From Limisphaerales bacterium (GTDB lineage: Bacteria; Verrucomicrobiota; Verrucomicrobiia; Limisphaerales; UBA1412), in contig JBMNFQ010000001.1 of NCBI GenBank assembly GCA_050949405.1, forward strand, positions 2,410,727 through 2,474,726: DNA of 64,000 nucleotides. Direction: 5' to 3'. The notes under the pieces were generated by a model. The model was not told where the DNA came from. It made no database searches and worked only from the letters and a program-made list of their open reading frames with translations. A program made the position numbers and the translations under genes. Shown piece by piece: positions 7,502 through 17,763 of this stretch (position 1 is its first letter; each line of letters starts with the position of its first letter).

Positions 7502-9190
7502 TTAGTCAGTGAGTAGTTCTTTAAGCTGTTCAAGCGCCTGGGCTAGCTTTTCCGGGGGTGTGTCTTTCAGGATAGAAACCGCCAGGGACTTGCGTTCTTT
7601 GGGCGTTTGGGCCTTCTTCATGGGCAGGGTTAGTTTGGGCGCTGCTTCTTTCAAAGCATAGGCGGGGGCTTTGCTGGTAAAGCCTTCCTGCATGAAAGTA
7701 TCGTCAATTTTAATGTAATGCCGGACAATTACCCCTACAAGGGAAGAGCCAAGAACCTTCTGAATAAGTTCCATCTGTACCCCTGCTTTAATTGCTGCCA
7801 CTACAAAGGAGCCGCGGAAGCTATGCCAGCCGCGAAGAGAGGCTCTGATTGCTCTGCCTTTTATATCGCTATTCAGCCTGCCGCGGCCCTCTGGCTCTTC
7901 TTCGGTTTGGGCCTTGAGCTTTATCCTTCTCAGGATTCTCAGGCCGCTCAGCTCTTCCAGGGCGTTCAGATTCAAAGAAACGGTGCCTTTGCTGACCTGC
8001 ATTTCACGGGCAATCTGGGGAACCGTCTGGCTTTCCAGGTAACGGGTGACAATTTCCCGGACTCTTTCCTTGCGGTCTTCTCTCCAAAGAGAGAGCTCAA
8101 TCCTTTCCAGAGCCAGTTTAAGGGTTTGGCCCGGGTTTCTGTTCTTCACATTGCGAAGCTCCTTCCGCTTTGTCCCGGTATAGCCCAGAGCAAACAAAAC
8201 TCTGTTCAGCCGGTCTTTCAATACCTTTTGATTTTTGAGATATTGCTCTGCGATTCCGGGCAGCACATACTTTGCCGCGGCTCCTTCTGCCTCTCCCTTT
8301 CTGGCCGCAAGCTCTTCAAGCTCGTTATAAAGTAAAGGCCACATGCCCAGGGTAACATTGCCGCCCGTTTTGTAGGTATGCAGGGAAATGAGATTGCGTT
8401 TGAAGTCTACTGAGTCCCATTCCAGCAAGCAAATATCCTTCAATCTTAGCCCGGTGCAAGACGCCAGAATTACCATGCTTTTAATTTCTGAATCCAGCTC
8501 AGCCGCCTTTTGGATAATCTGGCCTATCTCTTCAGGGCTGAATAGTTCCCGGGAAATAAGCCCGCCGGTCAAGCGTTTCAAGTCTTTCAGCCATTCATAG
8601 GTTTTAGAAAAGGAAGAGTACCGCCGGAAAACAGCTCTCAGTGTAACAAGATTGTCATTCCAGGTGCGGGGGGTAAGGTGCAAGTCATTTTCAAGATACC
8701 CAAAGAAAGCGCTCATTTCTTCGATAGAAACCGTTTCCAGGTGCCGCGTCTTTGGGAAGCGCTTAGCCATAAACCCGGTGAACCTTTTAACCTTTGCCCG
8801 GGTGTAATTGTCGTTTTTAGTGAATACCCTGCCAGTGTAGAGTTCCCGGGCCATTCTCTCCCAGAGCGTCTTCAGCTCTATGCCCGCGGCTTGGGTTTGC
8901 CCATATTTGACTTTGAGAAGATGCTGGGCCGCTTTTATCTCCAAACGCTGGCGTTCCCCTACTTCTTTCCCGTCATGGGTCTGTCTTTTGAGATTTTCCA
9001 GAATCTCTTCGGCTTGTATCCTTGAATGCTCAAATTCAGAATCGCCTCTATCCTGTGCCAGGCCGCTGGGCGGGGGCGTTCCCCTCCAATGGCACAAGCT
9101 GACCTCTAAGCGCCTTCCTTCTTTCATGTATCTGCCGAACCAATGAGGGCGCAAATAGCCAGAAGAGTTTTTTCTCAATTTTAAGCTCAT
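7502..9190 (-). CDS. int: Tyrosine recombinase/integrase with an internal HTH insertion
   Basis: CTGLRLKDI (catalytic Arg), YKTG (Lys), HSFR (HxxR), LGSS in place of LGH, RHY (catalytic Tyr); likely start is ATG 9190 (MSLKLRK). Confidence 0.9.
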   Translation of the reverse strand: MSLKLRKNSSGYLRPHWFGRYMKEGRRLEVSLCHWRGTPPPSGLAQDRGDSEFEHSRIQAEEILENLKRQTHDGKEVGERQRLEIKAAQHLLKVKYGQTQAAGIELKTLWERMARELYTGRVFTKNDNYTRAKVKRFTGFMAKRFPKTRHLETVSIEEMSAFFGYLENDLHLTPRTWNDNLVTLRAVFRRYSSFSKTYEWLKDLKRLTGGLISRELFSPEEIGQIIQKAAELDSEIKSMVILASCTGLRLKDICLLEWDSVDFKRNLISLHTYKTGGNVTLGMWPLLYNELEELAARKGEAEGAAAKYVLPGIAEQYLKNQKVLKDRLNRVLFALGYTGTKRKELRNVKNRNPGQTLKLALERIELSLWREDRKERVREIVTRYLESQTVPQIAREMQVSKGTVSLNLNALEELSGLRILRRIKLKAQTEEEPEGRGRLNSDIKGRAIRASLRGWHSFRGSFVVAAIKAGVQMELIQKVLGSSLVGVIVRHYIKIDDTFMQEGFTSKAPAYALKEAAPKLTLPMKKAQTPKERKSLAVSILKDTPPEKLAQALEQLKELLTD

Positions 9191-9204
9191 AATTTTTTTG
9201 AATA

Positions 9205-9228
9205 GGTGGGGTGCGTGAGTGGGGTACA
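9205..9228 (+). repeat. Third, shorter copy of the G-rich arm-type repeat, just upstream of the int start
   Basis: GGTGGGGTGCGTGAGTGGGGTACA; 21/24 identical to 2388-2411. Confidence 0.7.
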
Positions 9229-9414
9229 CGGCGCAAAGGCATAGGGAGCACAAAGGAAATTTGAATTCTCCGGTTTAGAATTGCTCTTTTTCCCGGTCAG
9301 CTCTCTAAGTTGAAAAATTCGTCTTTTCACAAAGCGGCTTTCTTTGCTAAGTCACAATGTAAACCTTTGTCTTTTGTTGGTCAACCCTTGCAGGCTATGC
9401 GTGGAAAAAGTGGG

Positions 9415-9452
9415 GGGTGGGGTGCGTAGGTGGGGGACAAGGGGGGTGTTCA
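9415..9452 (+). repeat. G-rich direct repeat, copy near the tRNA end (putative arm-type sites)
   Basis: GGGTGGGGTGCGTAGGTGGGGGACAAGGGGGGTGTTCA; 35/38 identical to 2387-2424. Confidence 0.8.
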
Positions 9453-9490
9453 GCTATTTTTCTGGCTTTTTTAGAAAACACGCATTTTCG

Positions 9491-9503
9491 TAAGTGATTG
9501 ATT
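9491..9503 (-). promoter_or_regulatory. IHF consensus site between the arm repeat and the tRNA
   Basis: Reverse complement AATCAATCACTTA matches WATCAANNNNTTR exactly, at the position expected in an att site. Confidence 0.6.
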
Positions 9504-9519
9504 GGGAAGTCTTTTGAAG

Positions 9520-9595
<76 letters not shown>

Positions 9596-9778
9596 ACCAG
9601 AAGTGTAACGTCGATGTTACAGGGGCTGATTCTGCATTTTCCAGGCAGACTTTTCAAGAGGAAAAGATTGAGAAAATTATTTTCTTTTTTTCCGACCTGG
9701 TAGAACTGCCAGCAGTAAGGATATTACTGGGCTGCCACCACCTGGAGTTGACAGCCCAACAATCGACCACGAAAACTA

Positions 9779-11041
9779 TTAAACTAAACTCTTGCCGGAA
9801 AATTTCAGAAACTCTCCTCCGAGAAGGCCTTCCAGGTCACGCTTGATTTCGCTATCTTCGATTTCCCAACCAGAAGCTTCCAGCGCTGAGTATTTTTCCC
9901 CAAGCGTGAGAATCAACGATTCTTTAAAGTGAGTCCACTTATAGAGAAGTTGGTCCAAGACACGTGCATCAGAGTGCTGGGGTGTAAAGCTGAGCCCCAG
10001 AAGCTCAAAACGCAGATTAGAAATCTCGTCAATTAATGTGGGGATATTTGTAAACCACCAGCAGCCAAAAGGATGCAGATTCGAGAATTTACGAGAGGCC
10101 ACGCAAAGATGATGCTGATTTTCTCTGGAAAGGGCGGTGATTAAAAACTTATTCTCAGGGAAGTTACGGCACAGCTCCTCAATAGACTCGATTGAAAAAC
10201 ACCCCAAGCTATCTCCTGCCAAGCCTAAATGAGGATTAGCCGAGCGGGTCACACCGGCCATTATGGCAAAGGGCAGCTTTCGCTCTTTGCAAAATGGCAA
10301 AACAATCTGAGTTAATATCGTACTGTTTTCAGAATCCAAAGAGAGGGAAAAATCTGGCGGCAGCGAAACCATGAGGTATAGGGGCTGAATCTTATCCGCC
10401 CACAAATGGAGGAAGCGCTGCAGCTCTTCACGCGTTTTTTGGTCCAAGTCAGAACGAACATCAAAGCCCTGCTCACGCAGAAAGCCTACTGTGCTCTCAT
10501 ACTCCAAAACCAGTGGATCAACCCTTAGTGCCGTAAGAAATCGAGAGTCTCGAGAAAATCCTTTTTCCCAAAAAACCAGTTCTTCCGGATCAAAAGGGCT
10601 ATTCGTCATAACGGCAGCCGAAATATTTGCGAGCTCAAAAACCTGATCAACATGTTGCTCGACAGTCTGCTGTGCAAACCATTTCCGAAGAGGATTCAAG
10701 TCACGTCTATTGACATCAAGACCGAGCATGTTCAAAGTCGTAACGACGCCGCGACAAGACTCCGAGATTGGCGAATGCTTGATAAAAAGCTCATCCCAAA
10801 TCAGCTCTGCCTGTTGTTTTTTCGGCAAAGCGAAAAACTCTTTGTAGGGCAATTTAAAATAACGAAATCCTTCAGCAACCAGATAGTGGTAAGTGAGAAG
10901 ATCATCAATCCCCCAAAGAAGCATCTTCCCCATGGCAGGGTCATAGAGATGAGTGTGGATATCCAGTATCTGAGTTTGGCTCAAGGCATTGGCTACCCTT
11001 GTTTCGACAGGGAGCTCATCCGGCAAATCTTTAAACTTCAT
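9779..11041 (-). CDS. uxaC: Glucuronate (uronate) isomerase, Bh0493-type amidohydrolase family
   Basis: DIHTHLY metal motif, WGIDDLLTYHYL, GCWWF, QHSDARVLDQLLYKW. Confidence 0.85.
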   Translation of the reverse strand: MKFKDLPDELPVETRVANALSQTQILDIHTHLYDPAMGKMLLWGIDDLLTYHYLVAEGFRYFKLPYKEFFALPKKQQAELIWDELFIKHSPISESCRGVVTTLNMLGLDVNRRDLNPLRKWFAQQTVEQHVDQVFELANISAAVMTNSPFDPEELVFWEKGFSRDSRFLTALRVDPLVLEYESTVGFLREQGFDVRSDLDQKTREELQRFLHLWADKIQPLYLMVSLPPDFSLSLDSENSTILTQIVLPFCKERKLPFAIMAGVTRSANPHLGLAGDSLGCFSIESIEELCRNFPENKFLITALSRENQHHLCVASRKFSNLHPFGCWWFTNIPTLIDEISNLRFELLGLSFTPQHSDARVLDQLLYKWTHFKESLILTLGEKYSALEASGWEIEDSEIKRDLEGLLGGEFLKFSGKSLV

Positions 11042-11055
11042 TGCAACAGCCCTTC

Positions 11056-13113
11056 TTACTTCAACTGCTTAACAGCGTTAACAATATCATCGGTGTACAT
11101 CCCCTGGACCTTATAAAGCTCTTCGACCTTATAGGCGGAACGGCCAAATTCGCCCTTAATACCCAGTGATTCCATCTTGCATCCGATACCGGCCAATGCC
11201 AACGCATGGCTGACCTGAGCCCCCATTCCACAGATTATTTGGTGGTCTTCCACGGTAACCACGCGTCCCTGGGCAGCTTCCACGGCTTTGCCCAGCGTCT
11301 CAATATCCACACGATTCGTAAAAGGATTATTGACCACAGTGACTTGGACGCCTTGGGACCTCAAAACCTCAGCTGCCTTGAGCGCATATCCAAGAAGCGC
11401 TCCGCAAGCTATGACTACAGCGTCATTGCCTTGTGTTAGGACTTGGGCCTTGCCCCACAAGTATTGAGCATCGGCAATCCAGGAAACCGGGTAGTTTTCT
11501 CTACCGACAAAAAAGAGGACTGACTCACCATCCCTGCCTGCCTTGCGGTCAGCTTCCAATCTTTTTATCGCCTGGTACATTAACGATTGCGCCTCATCTG
11601 AACACGATGGAGTAATTACAACGGTGTGAGGAATCGCTGAGACCGCAGCGAAGTAGGCAGTCGCCTGGTGTGAAGCTCCATCCGCAGCATCCTGCAAGCC
11701 CACATGTGAGAACACACCAATGACAGGGGCTTGAGAAAGGTTGGCCATCGTGAGAGGAAGGTTTCCTTTAGTGACGCCAAACTGACCAAAAGCATCAACA
11801 ATGGGGATATACCCCATTTTAGAAAATCCGGCACCCACGCTGATCATGTTCGCTTCAGCTATACCTACTTCCACGAAGCGATCCGGAAATGCTTTTTGAA
11901 ACTCCGCCAGACCGGTTGACCCCTGGACATCACAGCAAACAGAGTAAACGGGGGCCCCTTCCTCAGCAGCTTCTATTGCTCCCTTGGCGAGCCCAGCTTG
12001 AATCTTTGCTTTTTTAACTGTGGCAGGAGCAGGTGGTTTTGCTTTTTTAGCAACTTCAGCCAGCATCCACTCTTCATTCAACTTCTCAGCCCAAACCCGA
12101 AACTCACCCGGCAAGTGCTCAAAGCCTCCGTAAATTTCAACGATAAAATCTACTATTTTTTCTGCATTTTGAAGCGGATAGCCATGGCCACCGCTGGAAC
12201 TCTCTTCAGTGGATTTAACACCTTTACCTTTAAGTGTCTTAAACCAAATACAGACAGGTTTCAAAGGATTGGCACGGGCTTCCTCTATTCCTTTTTCCAC
12301 TGCGTGGTAGACAGATTCCAGACAATTCCCCTCTTGCACCTTGATCACATTCCAACCCAAAACACTCAAAGTTTCAAAAGTGGGCTCCATGGAAAAAGAA
12401 TCCTTGTCAATGCGGCCTGAGAGTTTGGTGTTGTTATCGGAAAGCATGAGAACAAAAGGATTCACCTTCCCCTTGGCCGCAAAGCCCGGAATCGCACTGA
12501 GAGCCTCTTTGGCCTCCCCTTCCATACATGCCCCATCAGAAATTGTACAGAGGGTCACCCTGTCATTACCGGAAAGACGATCTGCCATAGCCAGCCCCTG
12601 TGCCTGAGGCACCGCCGAACCGAGGGGACCATTGCTCAAAAAAACTCCTTCAGGGTTTAAGTGAGACTCTCCATGCCCGGTGAGCTTGCTCTGCAAACTG
12701 CGGAAACCCTTGAGGGATTCAAAGCTCAGTCCATCAAACCCATAGTTGGCACGCAAAGCATAGACGCCATTTTCGGTATGGCCAGCATCATTTACAAAAT
12801 TATAAGCCTCATACCATTGACGATCCTTAACTGAGAACATAATGGCGTGAATAGAGGCCATTATTTCTGCAAAGGCCGAAGGCCCCCCCCAATGAGAAGC
12901 GGCACCCCCAATGACAGCGTGCAGGTCCATTAAAGCAACCAATGCGCGGGTTGCACGAGGATCAGCCACGACCACTTCTTGCCCTGCAGCATTTTTTATC
13001 TGGATTGAATAGCGTGGTGCCTGGGTTGGCGTTGGCGCTAATTTGTTGGGAATGGGAAGAGGAATCAAAGTTGTGCTTGAGGTAATCTCTTTTTTATTTT
13101 CTGGCATAGACAT
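11056..13113 (-). CDS. tkt: Transketolase (single-chain, TPP-dependent)
   Basis: SHWGG, TGHGE, SNGPLG, SDGACMEGE...DNN TPP motif, FVEVGIAEAN, DGASHQA, C-terminal domain. Confidence 0.85.
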   Translation of the reverse strand: MSMPENKKEITSSTTLIPLPIPNKLAPTPTQAPRYSIQIKNAAGQEVVVADPRATRALVALMDLHAVIGGAASHWGGPSAFAEIMASIHAIMFSVKDRQWYEAYNFVNDAGHTENGVYALRANYGFDGLSFESLKGFRSLQSKLTGHGESHLNPEGVFLSNGPLGSAVPQAQGLAMADRLSGNDRVTLCTISDGACMEGEAKEALSAIPGFAAKGKVNPFVLMLSDNNTKLSGRIDKDSFSMEPTFETLSVLGWNVIKVQEGNCLESVYHAVEKGIEEARANPLKPVCIWFKTLKGKGVKSTEESSSGGHGYPLQNAEKIVDFIVEIYGGFEHLPGEFRVWAEKLNEEWMLAEVAKKAKPPAPATVKKAKIQAGLAKGAIEAAEEGAPVYSVCCDVQGSTGLAEFQKAFPDRFVEVGIAEANMISVGAGFSKMGYIPIVDAFGQFGVTKGNLPLTMANLSQAPVIGVFSHVGLQDAADGASHQATAYFAAVSAIPHTVVITPSCSDEAQSLMYQAIKRLEADRKAGRDGESVLFFVGRENYPVSWIADAQYLWGKAQVLTQGNDAVVIACGALLGYALKAAEVLRSQGVQVTVVNNPFTNRVDIETLGKAVEAAQGRVVTVEDHQIICGMGAQVSHALALAGIGCKMESLGIKGEFGRSAYKVEELYKVQGMYTDDIVNAVKQLK

Positions 13114-13344
13114 TTTTAAAACCTTTTATTTTGTACTCTCTGTGAGCCAGCCTGCTAGGGGGCTGCTTCTAAGTGATATATTAAGGCACAGCCCCCTTTT
13201 TGTCAGCAAATATTCCATTTATGAAGGCGCCAATGATTTAGAATGCAAAACCTTCTATCTTATCTAGACAAAGCCTTCCCTCCTGTAATAGAATGCTGGC
13301 TACGTCAAGCGGGCTGTTGTGCCCGAGTCAGTATTTTAGATTTT

Positions 13345-14529
13345 ATGCAGGCACCGTTTAAAAAACATCTTCAAAACACCCTAAATGAAATTCGTGAAGC
13401 TGGGCTTTATAAAGAAGAGCGCTCTATTTCCACGCCACAAGGCAGTGTAGTGCAAGTTGAGGATGGTCCTCCCGTTCTTAATCTTTGTGCAAACAACTAC
13501 TTAGGCCTGGCACAAAACCCAGAAATTTGTAAAGCAGCTCAACAAGGTCTGGAAGCCTGGGGTTACGGCATGGCCAGCGTGCGCTTTATCTGCGGCACTC
13601 AAACCTTACACAAAGCCTTGGAGCAAAAGCTTAGCGAATTTCTGGAAACTGAGGATACCATCCTCTATTCCTCCTGCTTTGATGCCAACACAGGGCTTTT
13701 TGAAACTCTTTTAACAGCTGAAGACGCCATCATTTCCGACGAACTCAACCACGCCAGCATTATCGATGGGATACGTCTCTGTAAGGCTAGCCGCTTTCGC
13801 TATAAAAATAGTGACATGGCAGACTTGGAGCAGAAACTGAAAGAGGCTGCTTCCTGTCGCTTTCGGATGATCGCCACCGACGGGGTCTTCTCTATGGATG
13901 GGCACATTGCCAACTTGCCTGCTATCTGCGATCTGGCAGAGAAATACGATGCTATTTTAATGGTTGATGACTCCCACTCTACCGGCTTTATGGGCAAGCA
14001 TGGTAAAGGGACTCATGAATATCATAACGTGATGGGGCGAGTAGATATTTTGACAGGAACCTTCGGCAAAGCCATGGGAGGCGCCTCAGGAGGCTACACC
14101 AGTGGGCGCAAGGAGATTATTGAGCTGCTGCGCCAACGCTCACGCCCCTACCTATTCTCCAATACGCTGGCTCCTGTTATTTGTGCAGGCACCCTTAAAA
14201 CCCTGGAAATACTCAGCCGCTCCACAGAACTCCGAGACCGTCTGGAAGAAAACACCCGCTACTTCAGAAGTGCCATGGTCCAGCTCGGTTTTAACATCCC
14301 TGAGGGCAGCCATCCCATTGTGCCTGTAATGCTGGGAGATGCCGTTCTTGCCCAAAAATTTGCTGCTAAAATGTTAACAAAAGGGGTCTATGTGGTTGGT
14401 TTCTTCTATCCGGTTGTACCACAGGGCAAGGCACGGATTCGTACTCAAATATCGGCAGCACACACTCGTGAAGAGCTTGACAGGGCCATTGCTGCCTTTG
14501 CTGAAACCAAAAAAGAACTCATGCCTTAA
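13345..14529 (+). CDS. kbl: Glycine C-acetyltransferase (2-amino-3-ketobutyrate CoA ligase)
   Basis: [44 protein letters not shown] (PLP Lys), RSRPYLFSN; ATG 13345 gives 394 aa. Confidence 0.93.
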   Translation: MQAPFKKHLQNTLNEIREAGLYKEERSISTPQGSVVQVEDGPPVLNLCANNYLGLAQNPEICKAAQQGLEAWGYGMASVRFICGTQTLHKALEQKLSEFLETEDTILYSSCFDANTGLFETLLTAEDAIISDELNHASIIDGIRLCKASRFRYKNSDMADLEQKLKEAASCRFRMIATDGVFSMDGHIANLPAICDLAEKYDAILMVDDSHSTGFMGKHGKGTHEYHNVMGRVDILTGTFGKAMGGASGGYTSGRKEIIELLRQRSRPYLFSNTLAPVICAGTLKTLEILSRSTELRDRLEENTRYFRSAMVQLGFNIPEGSHPIVPVMLGDAVLAQKFAAKMLTKGVYVVGFFYPVVPQGKARIRTQISAAHTREELDRAIAAFAETKKELMP

Positions 14530-14544
14530 CTTTAAAAAACATCT

Positions 14545-16107
14545 ATGTCTAAGACCTCTTCTTCATCTTTTGGTAAACCACCTCTGCGGCTTTTAGTCGT
14601 AGACGATTCTGCCTTTGATGCGCAAATGATCGCGTCAAAGCTGCAGATTTATGGCTATGAAACAGAGATGGAACGGGTAGAGACCTTAGCCGATTTTCGC
14701 AAAGCGATGACGGCATCTACTCCTTGGGAAGTCATCATTTCTGATTATTTCATGCCCGACCTGAAAATGATGGATATTCTGGAGTATCTGAAAAAAACTC
14801 AATCTGATACTCCCTTCATAATTGTTTCTGGCGGTATTGGCGAGGCTGAAGCTGTCGCGGCCATGAAAGCGGGGGCCAACGACTATGTCCTGAAAGACAA
14901 CTTGCAAAAGCTCGGGGCTGTCGTTGATAGAGAACTGCGGGATGTACAAATAGCACGCGCGCAGAAGGAGGCCGAAATAGCACTTAAGGAAAGCGAATAT
15001 CGCTACCGCACCCTTTGGGAAAACTCCAAAGATGCCCTCATCCTGGTTGATGCCAAAAGGAATATCCTTCTCTGCAGCCCTGCAACAGAGAGTATTTTTG
15101 GTTATCCGGACGAATTTCTCCAACAGAAGCCTCTCTCTACGTTACAACCTCCGGAGAAGTTTCCCCAACGACCACTCCTAAGCGAGTGTTTCAAAAACGG
15201 AACAATTCACCTCTTTGAACGTACTGAGACTCAAGCCTTGCACAAAACAGGAAAAGTGGTCGATATCGAGGTGGATGTCAGCAAAATTATCCTCAAAGGA
15301 GAAATTATTGCCTGTCTTTCTATTCGTGATGTTACAGAGTGGAACCGTACACAAGCCGAGCGCAGTCGCAACAGAGATCAATTGCGGTTCGCCCAGGAAA
15401 TTCACAAAAACCTATATCCATCAGAGCCGCCAGATTTTCCTGGCTATGATATCGCAGGAAAGTCTTATCCAGCTGAAGAAATAGGTGGCGATTATTTTGA
15501 TTTTTTCTCAGAGTCCGAGCACACTCTTGACGTAGGCTTGGGGGATGTTTCGGGCCATGGGCTGGGACCAGCCATCCTCATGTCAGAAACGCGAGCTTAC
15601 CTGAGAATACTCTCGCGCACTCGAGAAAACCTGGATGAGATTCTGACACGAACGAATGAAGTACTGGCAGAGGATATGGCAGGAAAACATTATGTCACTC
15701 TGACGCTACTAAGGCTAATTTCCAGACCGCCATCTCTGATTTATGCCAACGCTGGTCACATAGCTGGATACATTCTGAATTCCGTAGGGGACATAAAACA
15801 ACGATTAACCCGCACCGGAATCGTCTTGGGACGCAAAAAAAACTCCACATATACTCAGAGCGACTTTATCTCCTTGGATGAGGGGGACTTAATTCTGCTG
15901 ATGACCGATGGGATGCAGGAAGTTTTTTCAGAATCAGAGGAAATGTTCGGTGCAGAGCGAATACTGGAGGTAATCCGTAAAAATATTGAAAAAACCTCCA
16001 GCCAGATTATTGATGAAATTTATAAGGAAGGAATCGCATTTGCGAGCAGCAGCACCCTGGATGACGACTTTACTTGTGTAATTATCAAAGTCACTCCTGA
16101 GGATTAA
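14545..16107 (+). CDS. Response regulator receiver + PAS + SpoIIE/PP2C phosphatase (RsbU/RsbP-like)
   Basis: LVVDDS..IISD..K receiver motifs, PAS region (DALILVD), IGGDYFD, GDVSGHG, ANAGH, TDG, DDFT. Confidence 0.88.
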   Translation: MSKTSSSSFGKPPLRLLVVDDSAFDAQMIASKLQIYGYETEMERVETLADFRKAMTASTPWEVIISDYFMPDLKMMDILEYLKKTQSDTPFIIVSGGIGEAEAVAAMKAGANDYVLKDNLQKLGAVVDRELRDVQIARAQKEAEIALKESEYRYRTLWENSKDALILVDAKRNILLCSPATESIFGYPDEFLQQKPLSTLQPPEKFPQRPLLSECFKNGTIHLFERTETQALHKTGKVVDIEVDVSKIILKGEIIACLSIRDVTEWNRTQAERSRNRDQLRFAQEIHKNLYPSEPPDFPGYDIAGKSYPAEEIGGDYFDFFSESEHTLDVGLGDVSGHGLGPAILMSETRAYLRILSRTRENLDEILTRTNEVLAEDMAGKHYVTLTLLRLISRPPSLIYANAGHIAGYILNSVGDIKQRLTRTGIVLGRKKNSTYTQSDFISLDEGDLILLMTDGMQEVFSESEEMFGAERILEVIRKNIEKTSSQIIDEIYKEGIAFASSSTLDDDFTCVIIKVTPED

Positions 16108-16165
16108 TCACAGGGGCTGCTGTCACGTTATAACATTTCAGTTTTTCTTCAAAGAGCCTTACTTC

Positions 16166-17086
16166 TTACTTGGTAGCATTAGCTCCTTTATGCTTTAGCT
16201 GGATGCTGTAAAACCCTTTGCTTGCAGTAATGAAGAGAACATCATGGTTTTTTCCGCCAAAACTCACATTTGCTGTCCAGCCTTCAGGCACTTTGATTAC
16301 TTCGCTTTCCTTACCTGTTTTGTCAAAAACCACTACACCACGAGAATTGGTTATGTAGAGGTTACCTTCGACATCCAACGTCATGCCGTCAGATTGCCCT
16401 CTACAAAAAAGCTCCTTGTTATCCAGGGTGCCATCGGAAAGGATATCGTAGCGATAGATTAGGCCGGCACTAATATCTGCAACAAAAAGTTTTTTTCCAT
16501 CCGGAGTGCCAATAATCCCATTGGGCTGTTTTAAATCTTCAGTGAGGCGAATAGGGAACTCACCCTTCCCCGCTTCGAGAAGATAAACATGCTGTCCATC
16601 CATCTCTTTGTCTGTACGATCACCCCACCAGGGACGCCGGTAAAGAGGGTCAGTGAAGTAGTAGTTGCCGTTGGGGTGAACCCATACGTCGTTGGGGCCA
16701 TTAAAAAGCTTCCCATTAGCATCGGTTCCTTTCATCAGCACCTCTTTTGTTCCATCCATTGAAATTCTCCAAAGCTCATTTTTTTCATCTGCACAGGCAA
16801 TCAGACGATCCTTGTCATCCATAAACATTCCGTTTGCGCGGCCGGAAGGAGACATGAAAACAGTTAGGATACCATCAGTACTCCACTTCAAAATGCGGTC
16901 CAAGTTCTGATCGGTAAAATAAACATTTCCTTTAGAATCGCAGGTTGGCCCTTCCGTAAAGGAAAAGCCTTTGGAGAGAAGCTGCAACTTTGCCCCTTCT
17001 GCTACGACTGACTCGGCCAAAATATTTGGAATGAGAAAGCTTACAGCCATTAAGCTGGCCATGATTAATTTAATTCTGTTCTTCAT
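16166..17086 (-). CDS. Secreted SMP-30/gluconolactonase/LRE family protein
   Basis: Signal peptide; FTEGP, NGPND, PNGIIGTPDG, DGMTLDVEGNLY, ANVSFGG. Confidence 0.88.
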   Translation of the reverse strand: MKNRIKLIMASLMAVSFLIPNILAESVVAEGAKLQLLSKGFSFTEGPTCDSKGNVYFTDQNLDRILKWSTDGILTVFMSPSGRANGMFMDDKDRLIACADEKNELWRISMDGTKEVLMKGTDANGKLFNGPNDVWVHPNGNYYFTDPLYRRPWWGDRTDKEMDGQHVYLLEAGKGEFPIRLTEDLKQPNGIIGTPDGKKLFVADISAGLIYRYDILSDGTLDNKELFCRGQSDGMTLDVEGNLYITNSRGVVVFDKTGKESEVIKVPEGWTANVSFGGKNHDVLFITASKGFYSIQLKHKGANATK

Positions 17087-17106
17087 GATGTTTACTATTT
17101 AGTTGT

Positions 17107-17757
17107 TTAATTTACTTTTGTTAAATGCTCGACAATTTTTCGAGCCCAAGCCTTATAGCCATTTTGGTTCAAATGAAGTTTGTCTTCCAGAAAATACTCA
17201 GTGATTGGATTGCCTTCACCGTTTACAGTAATATCAAAGGTATTAAGGTAGTAAAGGTTCTCAGTCAGTGAAGCCCAGACATTGATCATTTGATTGAGTT
17301 CAAGCATCTCTTCCATCTTATTCCGGCGCGACTCCGATGGCTTAACTGAAACAATTGTGATTGGCACTTCCGGATACTGACTCCGTATCATTGTCACCAG
17401 TTGTTTATAGTGACTCAGCACCAGCTCCGGGGCCTTACCTGTTGCCAAGTCGTTATCTCCTTCATAAATGACGATATGGCGCGGATGATAAGGAGCAATC
17501 ACTGTGTCATACTGTTCTATCAGGTCATTGACCTGAGAGCCACCAAATCCACGGTTAATCAATGGGATATCGGGCATATCTTCCTGCATGTTCTTCCAGA
17601 TAGTGAAGGTTGAGCTGCCAACAAAAAGAGTAAGTCCCTGTTGAGGCGGGTTTTCTTCATCCTGCTTTTTGAAGGCAGCCATTTCCTTTTCCCAAGCAGC
17701 AAAGGCCTGGGCTACAAACAATGCAGAACACACCAAAATAGTTAAGGCTTTTTTCAT
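17107..17757 (-). CDS. Secreted SGNH/GDSL-family hydrolase
   Basis: Signal peptide; FVGSST, NRGFGGS, YEGDND, DKLH blocks. Confidence 0.88.
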   Translation of the reverse strand: MKKALTILVCSALFVAQAFAAWEKEMAAFKKQDEENPPQQGLTLFVGSSTFTIWKNMQEDMPDIPLINRGFGGSQVNDLIEQYDTVIAPYHPRHIVIYEGDNDLATGKAPELVLSHYKQLVTMIRSQYPEVPITIVSVKPSESRRNKMEEMLELNQMINVWASLTENLYYLNTFDITVNGEGNPITEYFLEDKLHLNQNGYKAWARKIVEHLTKVN

Positions 17758-17763
17758 GTTTCG

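Noticed and set aside
7718-8335. 205-aa plus-strand ORF and similar long antisense ORFs (e.g. 38995-39633, 49422-50147, 33984-34565)
   Set aside because: Shadow frames wholly inside well-supported genes on the opposite strand, without motifs
13157-13197. Inverted repeat AGGGGGCTG...CAGCCCCCT between divergent tkt and kbl
   Set aside because: Real but only 9 bp with a 23-nt loop; no regulator or function can be assigned
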